In this document: piece by piece, positions 1-12,105 of the stretch
Numbering within the stretch: the first letter of the stretch is position 1
Layout of the letters: each line of letters begins with the position of its first letter
Assembly (NCBI RefSeq): GCF_004010195.1
Contig: NC_057718.1
Coordinates: 12,801,949-12,834,174, forward strand
Direction: 5' to 3'
Length of the DNA stretch: 32,226 nucleotides
Source: Chiloscyllium plagiosum
Lineage: Eukaryota
The notes under the pieces: model-generated
Databases searched by the model: none
Seen by the model: only the letters and a program-made list of their open reading frames with translations
What the model was told of the DNA's origin: nothing
Position numbers and translations under genes: made by a program

Positions 1-80
1 CTCAGACATTGCAGTATGTCATCAAAGCTGCACTATCTGCCTTGATCTTTGTACTCAAGCCTTGGAGTGGAATTAGAACT
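1..80 (-). mobile_element. Fragment of a Deu-domain SINE (SacSINE1-like), cut by the window edge
   Basis: ctcagacattgcag...gtactcaagccttggagtggaattagaact resembles the head-proximal part of the copy at 24730-25210. Confidence 0.55.
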
Positions 81-113
81 TAATGTTTAATTATGCTTCA
101 TTGACTGTTTCAG

Positions 114-206
114 GTAAACACGATCAGTTGGGAGGACCTGGATGCATATTTATCTCAGGCTCTCATTGTCCGGGACAAGACAGCTGATCAGCTTGCTCAG
201 AGAAAG
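114..206 (+). CDS. FAM120B: Internal coding exon of a FAM120B-like gene (constitutive coactivator of PPAR-gamma), phase 0-0: VNTISWEDLDAYLSQALIVRDKTADQLAQRK
   Basis: Acceptor ttgactgtttcag ends at 113 and donor AAG|gtatat starts at 207; 93 nt open. The peptide resembles the FAM120B segment recalled as VDTLCLEDLHAFIAQALCLQGKSTSQLVNLQ and joins in frame to the exon at 17892. Confidence 0.88.
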
Positions 207-1009
207 GTATATGAATTACTTTATCCACCTATTTGACCTAATAGTCTATTTGGACTACAGTGACTTTATCATTTACTTGGTCTTGGTCATTTTCAATGTC
301 TTTCAGTGACTGTGCCATTATCAAGCATATAATTTCTATGCCAACCTTTTAATATTCCAATAACAGAAGAAAACCTTGTTCCGTCAAAACTGCAGTCAAA
401 CCTGACCCCTGTTTATAAATGGTTATCTGTGACAAAACAAATAGTGCCATGTAACAAAGGACGATATGAATGAGTTTTTGATGCTGATAGCATGCTCAGT
501 TATTTAAAATGAATTAATGTTTGTCTTTTAAATATTTGGCACAAGTACTGCTAACACCTTCTATTCTTCCAATAACTGGGAATTTGCTTCAAGGGTTCAC
601 TTGCTCCCATTGAATTTAAAGTAATACGCTCATCTGGCCTTCCAACCTTCATATATCTGGACCCTTACCACAGCTCACTGAGGTAGACGGCATTTCTATA
701 TGCTATTGTCTCCAAACTCCATGTTGAAAAACATGGTATATAGTTGCTTACTAGCAATGGTATAGTACATGACTGAGGATAGGTATTGACTAGTGAACAA
801 ATTGAGTTCAGATCAGTTGTACAAGCTTTTGCAAATGAAAACAATCCATTTAACCTGCTTTATTTCTATGACTACCTCCTTAACATGTTTCAATACAGAC
901 CATCTTCAAAGCAATATTCAATGGTTACTATGACTAGTCTTTGAAAGACTGTCTACACATTGGCAAAACTTTCACTAGAATGAGATAAGAAAATGAGAAT
1001 TTAAATGAG

Positions 1010-1950
1010 TTAGCAAAGCAAAGGGATTTGAGCACAGAGTTCAGAGATCACTAAAATAAACAGTGTGTGGAGTAAAAGATCTTTTCAAAAAAGCACAAGG
1101 AAGTACTAGGGTTTATTGCTCGAAGGTTAGAAATATAGGGATGTGATGCTAAGTTTCTATAGAACCTTGATTGCACCACACATGAACTACAGTTTCTAGT
1201 TCCAATTGCCAGATTATACAAGCATGGGAAAGGATTTATAATGACGATATCAGAACAACAAGGTTAAAACTATCAGGAGAGGGGGAGAAATGGACCGGTT
1301 CCTTTGATAGAGTAAACAGAGAGAAAATGTTTCTAATTGTGGGGTAGAACAAACAAGGAACCATCAATATAAGATAGTAAGCAACATCAACGTATGAAAG
1401 AGGGAGATGGTGATGTAGTGAGAATGTCATTGGACCAGTTATTTGGAGGCTCGGCTAATGCTCTGGGACCATTAGTTCAAATCTTACCACAGCATTTGGT
1501 GGAATTTAAATGCAATTAGGAAGTCTTGTAATAAAAAAGCTAGTCTTATGACAATGATTGTCAATTGTTGTAAACAAAAATTCTGGTTCACTACTATCCT
1601 TTTTTTAGGGAAGAAATCTGCTGTCCTTACCCAGTCTGAATACAGATTCATAGCTGTTTGGTTTTCTTACACTTGTTCTCAGTTCAAGAGTATTTAAGGT
1701 TGGGAAATACAGATTGGCCTTGCCAGCACCAAGAAATTCAGTAAGGAATTCTGGCAGACGTTCTTCACACAGTGAGTGATGAGAATCTACAACTTACAGG
1801 AGGTAATGGTGGCAGATTTCAGGAGAAGCGAAATAAGCAGACAAGAGAGAAAGGAATCTGTTGATGATGGAGTTAAATAAGGAAGACCTGAGTGGAACAT
1901 GAGTGCATTGGGTGGGCCATGTGACCTACTTGTGTTTGTAGACTCTCTTG
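1010..1950 (+). mobile_element. Old degraded CR1 LINE 3' fragment, split by a SINE at ~1400-1728
   Basis: Remnants of the CR1 ORF2 C-terminus (tttctatagaaccttgattgcaccacac, ~LY.TLV.PHL) and of the 3' region (gatagagtaaacagagagaaaatgtttc; ttcttcacacagtgagtgatgagaatc). Confidence 0.65.
1400..1728 (+). mobile_element. tRNA-derived SINE, same family as 20286-20640
   Basis: A-box-like tggtgatgtagtg and B-box-like agttcaaatct, core ctggttcacta...tagggaagaaatctgctgtccttacc, tail ggccttgccagc. Confidence 0.75.
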
Positions 1951-2829
1951 AGGTTTCAGTACTGCAGTAGGATTCATTGCTCAGCACACTTTTTCACCTC
2001 CACAAAAGGAGGGATGAAGGGCCAACACTGGAGGAGGTAACATTGGAATATACAGAGGAGGGCCTTTTTATAACTGACCAGAGGGGAATATTTGTTGTTA
2101 ACGTCTAACTGGTTCATCAAATCCTTCCATGAACAGAAAACATGAGGTCTGGCCTACAGTCCCATTCCATTAGGTTGATTTAAAACCCAATGAAATTCAC
2201 TAGCAAGCTATTCACTAAAAAATCATTCGTTTTACTCTCTCCTTCCAAAGATTCTCAAAATGTACCTCTCCAACTGAACTTTTAGTCACTTGATTTAAAA
2301 TCACCATATACAGTTCAGTGTCAAGATTTACTTGACAATAGCCTCATGAAGAGCTTAGTTTTAATACGTTAAAGGTACTATATAAACCCAAGTTCTTTCT
2401 GTAGGCTTGAGCAGTAAGTGCTTGTGCTGCACACAACAGGGCAACAAATAACATACCCTAACAAATACTTATTGTTCTGCACTGAGTGCTGCCTTCCTCC
2501 TATTACCTGTATATCTCCAGCCCATAGTAACAAATTGCAGGAAGGATGTAATTCTTCTGGTCCCATCCCCTTGATCTAGGGATTTATGTAATTCTTTCTC
2601 TGTGATCATAAAGTGCAACTTTGTCAAACTAAAAATAAGAAGAGATTGGGAGGCCAGTGCATTTCTTGAAATGTTTGCACGGTGTTGGGTTTCTCTTTAT
2701 GTATAGACTTGCACTGTTTTATGTTCACATTGTGGTAGATCTCACACCTCTGAATTGCAATCACAGAGCAAGAATGCCACAAAGATCGTATCTAGCAAAT
2801 GAACTGTGCTCCTGTGTTGTGTGCAGACT

Positions 2830-2955
2830 CATGTGGAGGATAAACGTCAGGGCTTTGGCACAAGGGCTGGGAAATGGGATTAATTGGGTAACTGTTTCAA
2901 AGAATCAGTACAGGCACGAGAAGACGGATGGCCCCCCTTCTGCTCTGAATGATTT
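2830..2955 (+). mobile_element. CR1-type 3' tail remnant (LINE or CR1-mobilised SINE)
   Basis: gggaaatgggatt...tttcaaagaatcagtacaggcacg...atggccccccttctgctctg resembles the CR1 3' ends elsewhere in the window. Confidence 0.45.
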
Positions 2956-5232
2956 GGAATTGTTGCATGACCCATCAGTTTGTGGGAGCTCACTGTAGAT
3001 TTGGGACTACCCAACTTTGAGACAGCAAACAGAACACCAGGCTGACACAGAAATGCTGCAAAATGTATGGATACTTTGTGAATCAGTCACTGGGTCACAA
3101 GCAATCATTCGGCACGCTTTCTGAATACTTTTGCGGTTAGCAGTGTTTGAGTCAATATGCTGCACTTCAGCTGCCATCGCTAATCATTAGGTAAAATGCT
3201 GTTACTGGAATTTTAAAAATGCAGGAGCTGCTTCACCCTGGATAAGCTATCTACGACATCCACTGACCCTGCAAGAACCCAAAAAACCTTACTTTAAAAC
3301 TGAATGGATCTGAATGTCACACACAATGTTGATAAACCCTAGATGACCACGATCCATCAATAACAGCATCTTGGTCTGCTGGCTGTTTGGGCAAAATGAA
3401 TGCAATGACAAACAGAATATTACAAAAATCTTACAATTTATTTCAATCTGACTCCATCCTGCACTTTAGAATTGTGATAATTTTTCTTGTATTGAGCCAG
3501 TAAAGAACAAAAAGTGGATTGGAAGGTGCAAAGTGGTTTAAGGTACAACTCGTAGATTTAGTTAATTATCCAGAATTTTCTGGGGTATAAACCAGAGCCT
3601 CATTATGAGGCCTGCAGTTAAGAGTGTGGTTTCTGCTGTAAGGCAGCTGAACTTTGACTCCTGACTTTCTTTTCTCATACTGTGTTACGGGGCAGTTGCT
3701 ATAGCGCACACGACTCATTATAACACATACAATGCTTGCCTCCAGAGGACTGTTGCTGTTGGAGTGAAGACAGATGAACAGCGAACGCTGTGTGACCATT
3801 GTGCATACCAAATACGGCAGTGAAATAGTAGAATGTAGTTTTGAACCTGCTTGTGAAATATGCTTTAAGGTACCGACACTTAGTTTAGACTATGTAATGA
3901 TTCAGTCTTGTTCAATTTGGATTCTCTGTTCTGGATTATTAAAATACATATAATTGGCTCATTTTAAAACTGAAAATGTTGAACTTCTTCCCCCCACCCC
4001 CACTTTAATTTAAAGAAAAGCCAGTCTTTTCATTAGTAAAATTTGCCCCTTGCAATCCCTCATTTGAACTGCGCACATTCCATCATGCTAGAGTGGGTAA
4101 TTTATAATGAGAGTGTCCTGCAGTGCAGGGGAAATGCTTCTCATTAAAATATCTGACAGTGCTGAACAGACCTGGATGCATTGGGACTGGTTATTGGTAG
4201 GACCTGTGAAAAATAACCTGATCCTCTTAGAAAAACCTCTGCAAACAATGATTAGACAATGCTTAAGTGGTCCAAGCGAGTGGTTAAAGAGACTCAGAAG
4301 CGCTGTGTGTGTTGCATGGGTGGGGCTAGCCATCAGTGAGACAAGAATCAAATTGCTCTTTGGAGCTGCCTGTGTCTGCAGCAGCAGCAGGTGTTGCCTG
4401 TAGAAGGGTGCAGTCTTGCAGTAATCTGGGGGAAGGGAAGGGGAGGGAAGTGACCCAGAACACCTGCCTGTCATCTGCCACTGGTCTGGGGCACCTGCCA
4501 TTGGGGGTGGGGTGTGGAGAAAGAGGGTGGGGCATGACCATTGTTGCAGGTGGTCTGGAATGCAGCAACCACAGTGTTACATCTGCCGCAGGTCTGGAGC
4601 ACCTGTCAGGGTGGGACATCTAGTCATTGTTTGTACTCTTGGCAAGTGTTGCATCTGCTTGGAGTTTGTGTGATTTCCAGCAATGGACAGACAGCTGGCT
4701 GCAGTTCAGGGGTGCTTAGAGCTCAGTCGGTCTCTTTCCTACTGCTGATAATGAAGGAGTCTAAACTCAACTGCCAGCCCCTGGATTAGGACAACATAAA
4801 CAGTCCTGGGGAATTATTTATAAGTAACGGTTGTAAGCAAGCGAAAGCTACATTTCCCAAATAGAAAATGAGGGCTTTTTATCCTAATCACTATATTATC
4901 GCTGGGTATTGTTGCAACAATTCTGCACCAACCACCTATCAAAACAAACAGTGTATTAAAGCTGAAATTTGTGAGTAAAACAAAGTTAACTCCTTGTCAG
5001 GCTGACCGGATAATTTACCATAAATTGCAAAGCCTCGTAAAGCAGCACAGGAAGAGTCCATTGAGCATGTCCCAGCTCTTTTGAAGATCTGTCAAATTAG
5101 TCCCATTCCTGTAGACAGAACTTGTTTTTACCATGATTCTGCAAAACTTTATCCCTTAAAACACTGTTCTCTTTTAAACATTACTGTGAAATCTGCTTCC
5201 ACCACCTTTTTCAGATTTTGGAACTCCCTATT

Positions 5233-7230
5233 TAGAACATAGAACAGTACAGCACAGAACAGGCCCTTTAGCCCACGATGCTGTGCCGACCACTGATCCT
5301 CATGTAAGGTAAACTTAATGTATGAACCCTCAAATTCCTGTGACCATATACATGTCCAGCAGTCTCTTAAATATCCCCAATGACCTCGCTTCCACAACTG
5401 CTGCTGGCAACGCATTCCATGCTCTCACAACTCTCTGCGTAAAGAACCCGCCTCTGACATCCCCTCTATGCTTTCCGTCAAACAGCTTAAAACTATGACC
5501 CCTTGTGTTAACAATTTCTGCCCTGGGAAAGAAATCTCTGGCTATCAACTGTATCTATGCCTCTCATTATCTTAGTTAAATATCACACAACACCAGGTTA
5601 TAGTCCAACAGGTTTAATTGGAAGCACACTAGCTTTNNNNNNNNNNNNNNNNNCGTCGCTCCGAAAGCTAGTGTGCTTCCAATTAAACCTGTTGGACTAT
5701 AACCTGGTGTTGTGTGATTTTTAACTTTGTACATCCCAGTCCAACACTGCATCTCCAAATCATCTCATTATCTTGTACACCTCAATCAGGTCCCCGCTCT
5801 TCCATCTTTTTTCCAATGAAAAAAGTCAGAGCTAAGTCAATCTCTCTTCGTAAGATAAGACCTCCAGTCCAGGCATCCTGATCAACCTCCTCTGAACCCT
5901 CTCCAAAGCATCCACATCTTTCCTATAATAGGGCGACCAGAACTGGACACAGTATTCCAAGTGTGGTCTAACCAAAGTTTTATAGAGCTGCAACAAGATC
6001 TCACAGCTCTTAAAATCAATCCCCCTCTTAATGAAAGCCAAAACACCATATGCTTTCTTAACAACCCTGTCCACTTGGGTGGCAATTTTAAGGGATCTAT
6101 GTACCTGCACACCAAGATCCCACTGTTCCTCCACACTGCCAAGAATCCTGTCTTTAATCCTGTACTCAACTTTCAAGTTCGACCTTCCAAAATGCATCAC
6201 TTCGCATTTATCCAGATTGAACTCCATCTGCCATCTCTCAGCCCATCTCTGCATCCTGTCAATGTCCTGCTGCAGCCTACAACAATCCTCTATACTGTCA
6301 ATGACACCTCCAACCTTTGTGTCGTCTGCAAACTTGCTAACCCATCCTTCAATCTCCTCATCCAAGTCATTAGTAAAAATTACAAAGAGTAGAGGCCCAA
6401 GAACAGAGCCCTGTGGAACACCACTCACCACTGACTTCCAGGCAGAATACTTTGCTTCCACTACCACTCGCTGTCTTCTGTCGACCAGCCAATTCTGTAT
6501 CCAGACAGCTAAATTTCCATGTATCTCATTCCTCCTGACCTTCTGAATGAGCCTACGGTGGGGAACCTTATCAAATGCCTTGCTGAAGTCCATATACATC
6601 ACATCCACTGCTCTACCCTCATCAACGTGTCTAGTAACATCCTCAAAGAACTCAATAAGATTTGTGAGGCATGACCTGCCCCTCACAAAGCCGTACTGAC
6701 TGCATTTAATCAAGCCATGCTCTTCCAGATGGTCATAAATCCTACCCCTCAGAATCCTTTCTAACACCTTGCAGACGACAGACGTGAGACTGACTGGTCT
6801 GTAATTGCCGGGGATTTCCCTATTTCCTTTCTTGAAGAGAGGAATTACATTTGCCTCCCTCCAGTCCTCAGGTACGACTCCGGTGGAGAGCGAGGATGCA
6901 AAGACCTTCGCAAGCGGCGAAGTAATCACATTTCTCGCTTCCCAAAGCAGCCGAGGACAAATCTGGTCTGCCCCTGGCGACTTGTCAATCTTAATATTTG
7001 TCAAATGTTTCAGCACATCACCTTCCTCTATCTCTATCCGTTCCAGCATGCTTACCTGCTCCTCAATGATCTCATTCACTACAAGGTCCTTTTCTTTAGT
7101 AAAGACAGAAGCAAAAAACTAATTTAGGGCTTCCCCTACCTCCTCAGACTCTATACACAAGTTCCCTATGCTATCCCTGATTGGCCCTACTCTTTCTTTG
7201 ATCATTCTCTTATTCCTCACATACGTGTAA
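5233..7230 (-). mobile_element. Relatively young 5'-truncated CR1 LINE with a 415-aa open RT segment (5832-7079), nested in an older CR1 remnant (~5040-5230, ~7230-7360)
   Basis: The ORF has NYRPVSLTS, YMDFSKAFDKVPH, GVPQGSVLGPLLF, FADDTK and LYKTLVRPHLEYCVQFWSP. The CR1 3' end with a tandem tail (tagaacatagaacag) is at 5233. There is an in-frame stop upstream near 7120 and a deletion near 5880. Confidence 0.95.
5574..5762. mobile_element. Fold-back short element (second, PLE-like family) inserted in the CR1, with an assembly gap at its centre
   Basis: 63-bp inverted arms at 5574-5636 and 5664-5726 (1 mismatch), Ns at 5637-5653, and a 12-bp TSD tctcattatctt at 5562-5573 and 5763-5774. Confidence 0.8.
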
Positions 7231-7391
7231 AAACCATTTCTCCTTGTATTCCCTTTTGTTCTTTTGCCAGTTACCTTAAAACTGTCATTACCAGTCATCC
7301 TGCAAGTGGAAACATTTTCTCTCTGTCAGTTTTACCAAAGCCCCACATAATTCTTGACAGTCCCATTGCATTGCTATAATGCAGGAGAAAA

Positions 7392-7466
7392 GTTTATTTA
7401 TTTTTATTCATTCAGAGTATGTGGGTGTTGCTGATGAGGCTAGCAGTTATTGCCTATCTCTAATTT
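7392..7466 (-). mobile_element. Isolated 3' tail of the SINE/LINE family seen at 20286-20640
   Basis: The reverse complement reads aattagagataggcaataactgctagcctcatcagcaacacccacatactctgaatgaataaaaa, matching the tail at ~20570-20640. Confidence 0.65.
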
Positions 7467-8204
7467 CTATGTTAACTTTATTGTTTACTCCAAATATTAC
7501 CAACAACAGGCCTCTGCCAGGCTGTTCAGATAAACTCTTCAAGCTGCTGAATGCAGGGCTGAAAATTACTGCCAGCAGATTTGACAGATCAAACACGTGA
7601 CTTAGAGTCCTGCAACATAAACGTAAACTGGGCTATTTACCACTAAACATTTATTGAGTGGCTTTAAACTGGTTTTTGAAAGGCCTGGTCCAGCCCATGT
7701 GTACGACTGTCTACCCTGGTATGCTAACAGTTGAGCTGGAAAGATCTGGCTTCAACCATCGCTTTGCGCCAAGATAACTTTTTCCAGAAAGCGAGTTGTT
7801 GTGAAAGGTAATAATCCTCTCCAATCATGCAGGCGATTTTTAAATTTTGTGCTCCAGCAGGGAGCCTCACCTCCAGGGAGCACATAACCGGAAATTCCAG
7901 TATTTTCAGATTCATGTTAATGATCATGCACAGTGTTTATCCAAATCTCTAATACACCCATCCTGGAGATCAGTTTCCCTGCTCATAGCACAGAATCAAA
8001 GCATTGCCTTCCTGTTTCAGTATTTCAAATCTGGGGGGTTTGTGAATAAGCAGCTCTAATCTAATCAGCCCATTTGTGTTCACAATGTTTTTAACACACT
8101 CAAAATCCATTCAGTTGCCCAGAATTAAATTCATAGGTCTGAGCAATGAAGGCAAGCATGTTAAATGCCTTGTTAACCACCCTGCCTTCCTTTGATGCAA
8201 ATTT

Positions 8205-9870
8205 CAAAGAATTATGTACCTAAACAAATTTGTTAGAATTTTTTGAAAATGTGATCAAGGGAAGTTCACTCAATGTAGTTCATATGAATTTTTGCAAAGC
8301 CTTTGACAAGGCCCCACACGGGAGACTGAGAAGGTTAAAGCACGTGGAATTGAGGGAAACTTGTCGAGATGGATCAGAATGTCAAGCAACATCAGAAGAG
8401 CAGGAGAGTCAACATTTCAGGCAGGGGGACCATTCATCAGGACTCTAATGAAGAGACCTGCACAAAACGTTGACCCTCCTGCTCTTCTGATCCTCTTTGA
8501 CCTGCTGTGCTTTTGCCAGCTCCACTTTTTATCGACTCTGACTTTCCAGCATCTGCACTTCTTACTATCTCGGAGATGCATCAGAAACTGACTTAGTAGT
8601 AGGACACAAAGGGTAGAAGGCTGTTTGAGTAACTGGAGGCCAGTGTCCATGGTGTACCACAAGAATCAGTACTGGGACCCTAATTGTTTGTTATATACAT
8701 AAATGATATAGATGAAAATGTTGGGGGGAAATGTTAACCAAATTCGCAGATGACACCAAGATTGGTAAAGTGGTTAGTAGTGAAGAAGATAGTATTAGGT
8801 TACAGAAAGATATAGATGGGTTGGTCAGATGGGCAAACCTGTGGCAGATGATATTTAATCCTGATAATTGTGAGGTGATGCAGTTTGGAAGAAGAAACAA
8901 GAAACAAGATGAGGGAGTATTTAGGAAAATGTGGATGGTCTGATTAGCCAGATGAGTTTGCAAATGACATGAAGATTGGTGCATTGCTGATAGTGCAGAC
9001 AATTGTGAAAGGATACAACAAGATATAGATAGATTGGCGACTTGGGTACAGAAATGGCAGATTGTGTTTAATCCAGACAAATGTGTGGTGATGCATTTTG
9101 GAGGATTAAGTTTAGGTGTGAATTATACTGTAAATGGCAGAATCCTTAAGAATATTAACATACAGATGGATCTGGGTGTGCAGGTCCACAGGTCCCTAAA
9201 AGTGGCTAAACAGGTGGCCAAGGTGATTAAGAAGACATATGGTATGTTTACCATTATTGGCCGGGGCATGAAGTACAAGAGTTGGCAAACCATGTTGCAG
9301 CCATATAAAACCCTTGTTAGGCTGCCTTTGGAATATTGTGCACAGTTTTGGTCACCACACTACAAAAAGGATATGGAAACTTTGGATAGAGTGCAGAGAA
9401 AGTTCACCAGGATGTTGCCTAGTCTTGAAGGCATTGGCTATGAGGAATGGTTAAAAAGACTAGGATTGTTTTCACTGGAAAGACAGCGGTGAGAGGAGAC
9501 CTGATAGAGGTCTACAAAATTATGAGAGGCATAGGTAGGGTGGATAGCCAGAGGGTTTTTCCTAGGGTTGAAGTTTCAATTACAAGAGGGGACAGATTCA
9601 AAGTGAGAGGGGGAAAAATTTAAGGGAGATGTGCAAGAGAAGGTTTTCACGCAGAGTGTGGAATGCACTGCCGGAAGTGGTGGTGGAAGCAGGCATGTTG
9701 GCGACATTTAAGAGGGAACTGGATGGTTATATGAATAAGAATGGAAGAAAGGGATATGGACTGAGTAAGAGCAGAAGGTTTGTTTTTTTTTAGTTTAGTT
9801 AGGACATGGTAATCGGTATAGGCTTGGAGGGCCGAAGGGCCTGTTCCTGTGCTGTACTTCTCTTTTGTTG
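8205..9870 (+). mobile_element. Two joined CR1 ORF2 fragments (older ~8205-8915, younger ~8920-9870 running to the 3' end)
   Basis: LEFFENV...NFCKAFDKAPH and FADDTKIG..WQMIFNPD, then a second FA.D/WQIVFNPD..YKTLVRLPLEYCAQFWSP segment and the CR1 3' end gggccgaagggcctgttcctgtgctgta. Confidence 0.9.
8380..8572. mobile_element. Fold-back Penelope-terminus insertion (two inverted copies with degenerate hammerhead cores)
   Basis: The left arm atcagaagagcaggagagtcaacatttc is the inverse of the right arm aaaacgttgaccctcctgctcttctgat. The 14-bp TSD gagatg(g/c)atcagaa is at 8366-8379 and 8573-8586. It interrupts a CR1 reading frame. Confidence 0.82.
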
Positions 9871-11961
9871 TTCTTTTTAATCAATAGCAGGACACTGGGT
9901 AGCTTCGAGGAATAGACCCGACTAATAGCCCTTCCGTTAATCGTAGAAGTCCTGTCTTTGTTTGTTTTACCAAAGTGCAATAACTCGCCTTTACCCAAAT
10001 TAAACGCCATCCGCCACTCCTCAGCCAACTAACACAATTGACTCAGATATCTTTGTAATCTTAGATAACCTTATTTCACTGTCTAGTGTACAGTACCACC
10101 AATTTTGATATCATCCACACAAGTACTTACCATGCCTCCTAAATTCTCATCTAAATCGTTTATATAAATGACGAGCAAAAGTGGGAGATCCCTGTGGAGC
10201 ATTGCTGGTCACAGAACTCCAGTTTGAAAACAACACTCCACCACTACCCTCCGTCTTCTACTGTCAAGCCAATTTTATATCCAGTTGGCAAGCTCACCAT
10301 GAATCCCGAGTGATCTACCTTTAGTAATTAGTCTACCGTGTAGAACCTTACCAAAACCTTTACTAAAGTCCATGCAAAAAACGTCCTCATCAATCCTTTA
10401 GATTACGTCCTTAAAAAATTCAGTCAAGTTGTGAAACATGATTTTCCTTCCCACAAAACCATGCTAACTATCCCTAATCAATCCTTGCCTTTCCAAATGC
10501 ATGTAAATCCTATCTTTCAGAATCACCTCCAACAATCCATCCACCATTGATGTCAGGCTGACGGGTCTGAAGTTCACAGGTTTCTCCTTATAGCCTTTCT
10601 TAAATAAAGGCACAACGTTGGTCACCCTCCAGTCCTCTGGCTCCTCACCCACGGTTATAGATAACGCAAATAGTTTTGCTAGGAGTCCCACAATTTCTTC
10701 CCTAACTTCCCACAACATCCTGGGATACAATTGATCAAATCCAAGAGATTTATTAACCTTTATGTTTTCTAACATTTCCTCTTCTGTAATGTGAACTGTT
10801 TTTGAAACCACATTTATTTCCCTGAGTTCTCTAGCATCCATTTCTTTCTCCACAGTAAAAACTGACACAAAATATTCATTTAATATCTCTCCCATCTCCT
10901 CAGGTTCAACACATGGACAATCTCATTGATCTTTATGGGGGGCTTTTCTCTCTCTAATTGCTCTTTTGCTCTTATTGTCCTTGTAAAATCTCTTTGGATT
11001 ATCTTTAACTTTATTTGCCAAGGCTATCTTATATCCCTGCTTTGCCCTTCTGATTTCCCTCTTAAGAATGCCCCGACATTCTTTATATTCTTCAAGAGAT
11101 TCATTTGATCCCAATTGTCTATATCTAAAAACAAATCTTTCATTCTCTTGACTAGAACTTCAATATCTTTATTCATCCATTGTTCCCTACTTGTACCAGC
11201 CTTACTCTTCACTCTAACAGGGACATGCTGCCTCTGAACTCTCATTATCACACTTTTGAAAGCTTCCCACTTGTCAGTTGTCCTTTTACCTGAGAACAGT
11301 CTACTCCAATCTACTTTGAAAGTTCCTGTCTCATATCATTAAAATTTGCCTTACTCCAATTAAGAACTTTAACTTTTATGGAAGGTTTATTCTTACACAA
11401 AACTATTTTAAAGCTAATAGAATTATGATCACTATTCCCAAAGTGTTCCCCTGCTAACACTTCAGTCACTTGCCTTATTTCTCAAGCGAAGGTCAAGTTT
11501 TGCTCCTCCTCTAGTAAGCATATTTACGTTTTGATAAAAAAAAATTTCTTTAACACATTTAATAAATTTCTCTCCATCCAAACCGTTAGCACTATGGCAA
11601 TCCAAGTCAATGTTTGGAAAATTAACACCCCCTACTATTACAATCCTATTATTTTTACATGTATCTGAGAACTCTGCATATTTGGTCCTCAATTTTCCTC
11701 TGACTAGTCGGGGGGCCTATAATACAGCCCCATCGAGGCGATCATCCCTTTGTTATTTCTAATTTCTATCCATATAGTTTCACTGGATGATTGCTCAGAA
11801 ATATCCTTCCTATTTACAGTAGTAATGTTTTTCGTAACAAAAATGCCATTCCCCCTCCTCTCTTGCCTTCCTTTCTATTCTTCCTATAGCATTGAAAACC
11901 CAGAACATGAAGTGCCAGTCCCTGTCCTTCCCCCAGCCAAGTTTCTGTAATAGCTAAGACA

Positions 11962-12105
11962 GGTAAAAACAATGACTGCAGATGCTGGAAACCAGATTTT
12001 GGATTAGTGGTGCTGGAAGAGCACAGCAGTTCAGGCAGCATCCAAGGAGCAACAAAATCGACGTTTCGGGCAAAAGCCCTTCATCAGGAATAAAGGCAGA
12101 GAGCA
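11962..12105 (-). mobile_element. Penelope-terminus short insertion with an intact minimal hammerhead core
   Basis: The minus strand reads attcCTGATGAaGGGCttttGCCCGAAACGTCgattttgttgctccttggatgctgcctg...ccagcatctgcagtc. It is inserted in the CR1 endonuclease region (short agaca duplication). Confidence 0.85.
12056..12091 (-). ncRNA. Minimal type I hammerhead ribozyme motif (PLE-associated)
   Basis: CUGAUGA, extra A, 4-bp stem II GGGC/GCCC, GAAA, palindromic ACGU in place of stem III, and a GUC cleavage triplet. Stem I is weak (AUUC/GAUU, 3 of 4 pairs). Confidence 0.65.

Noticed and set aside
4088..4789. Cluster of overlapping 80-137 aa ORFs on both strands
   Set aside because: No recognisable domain and no convincing splice-site pair; higher GC content explains the scarcity of stops.
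5832..7079. 415-aa reverse transcriptase ORF as a host or domesticated gene
   Set aside because: It is a 5'-truncated CR1 ORF2 with an upstream in-frame stop, a 3' deletion and a typical CR1 tail.
5882..7122. Antisense and alternative-frame ORFs over LINE sequence (also 28396-30214 and 31437-31676)
   Set aside because: Shadow ORFs produced by the codon bias of CR1/L1 ORF2.
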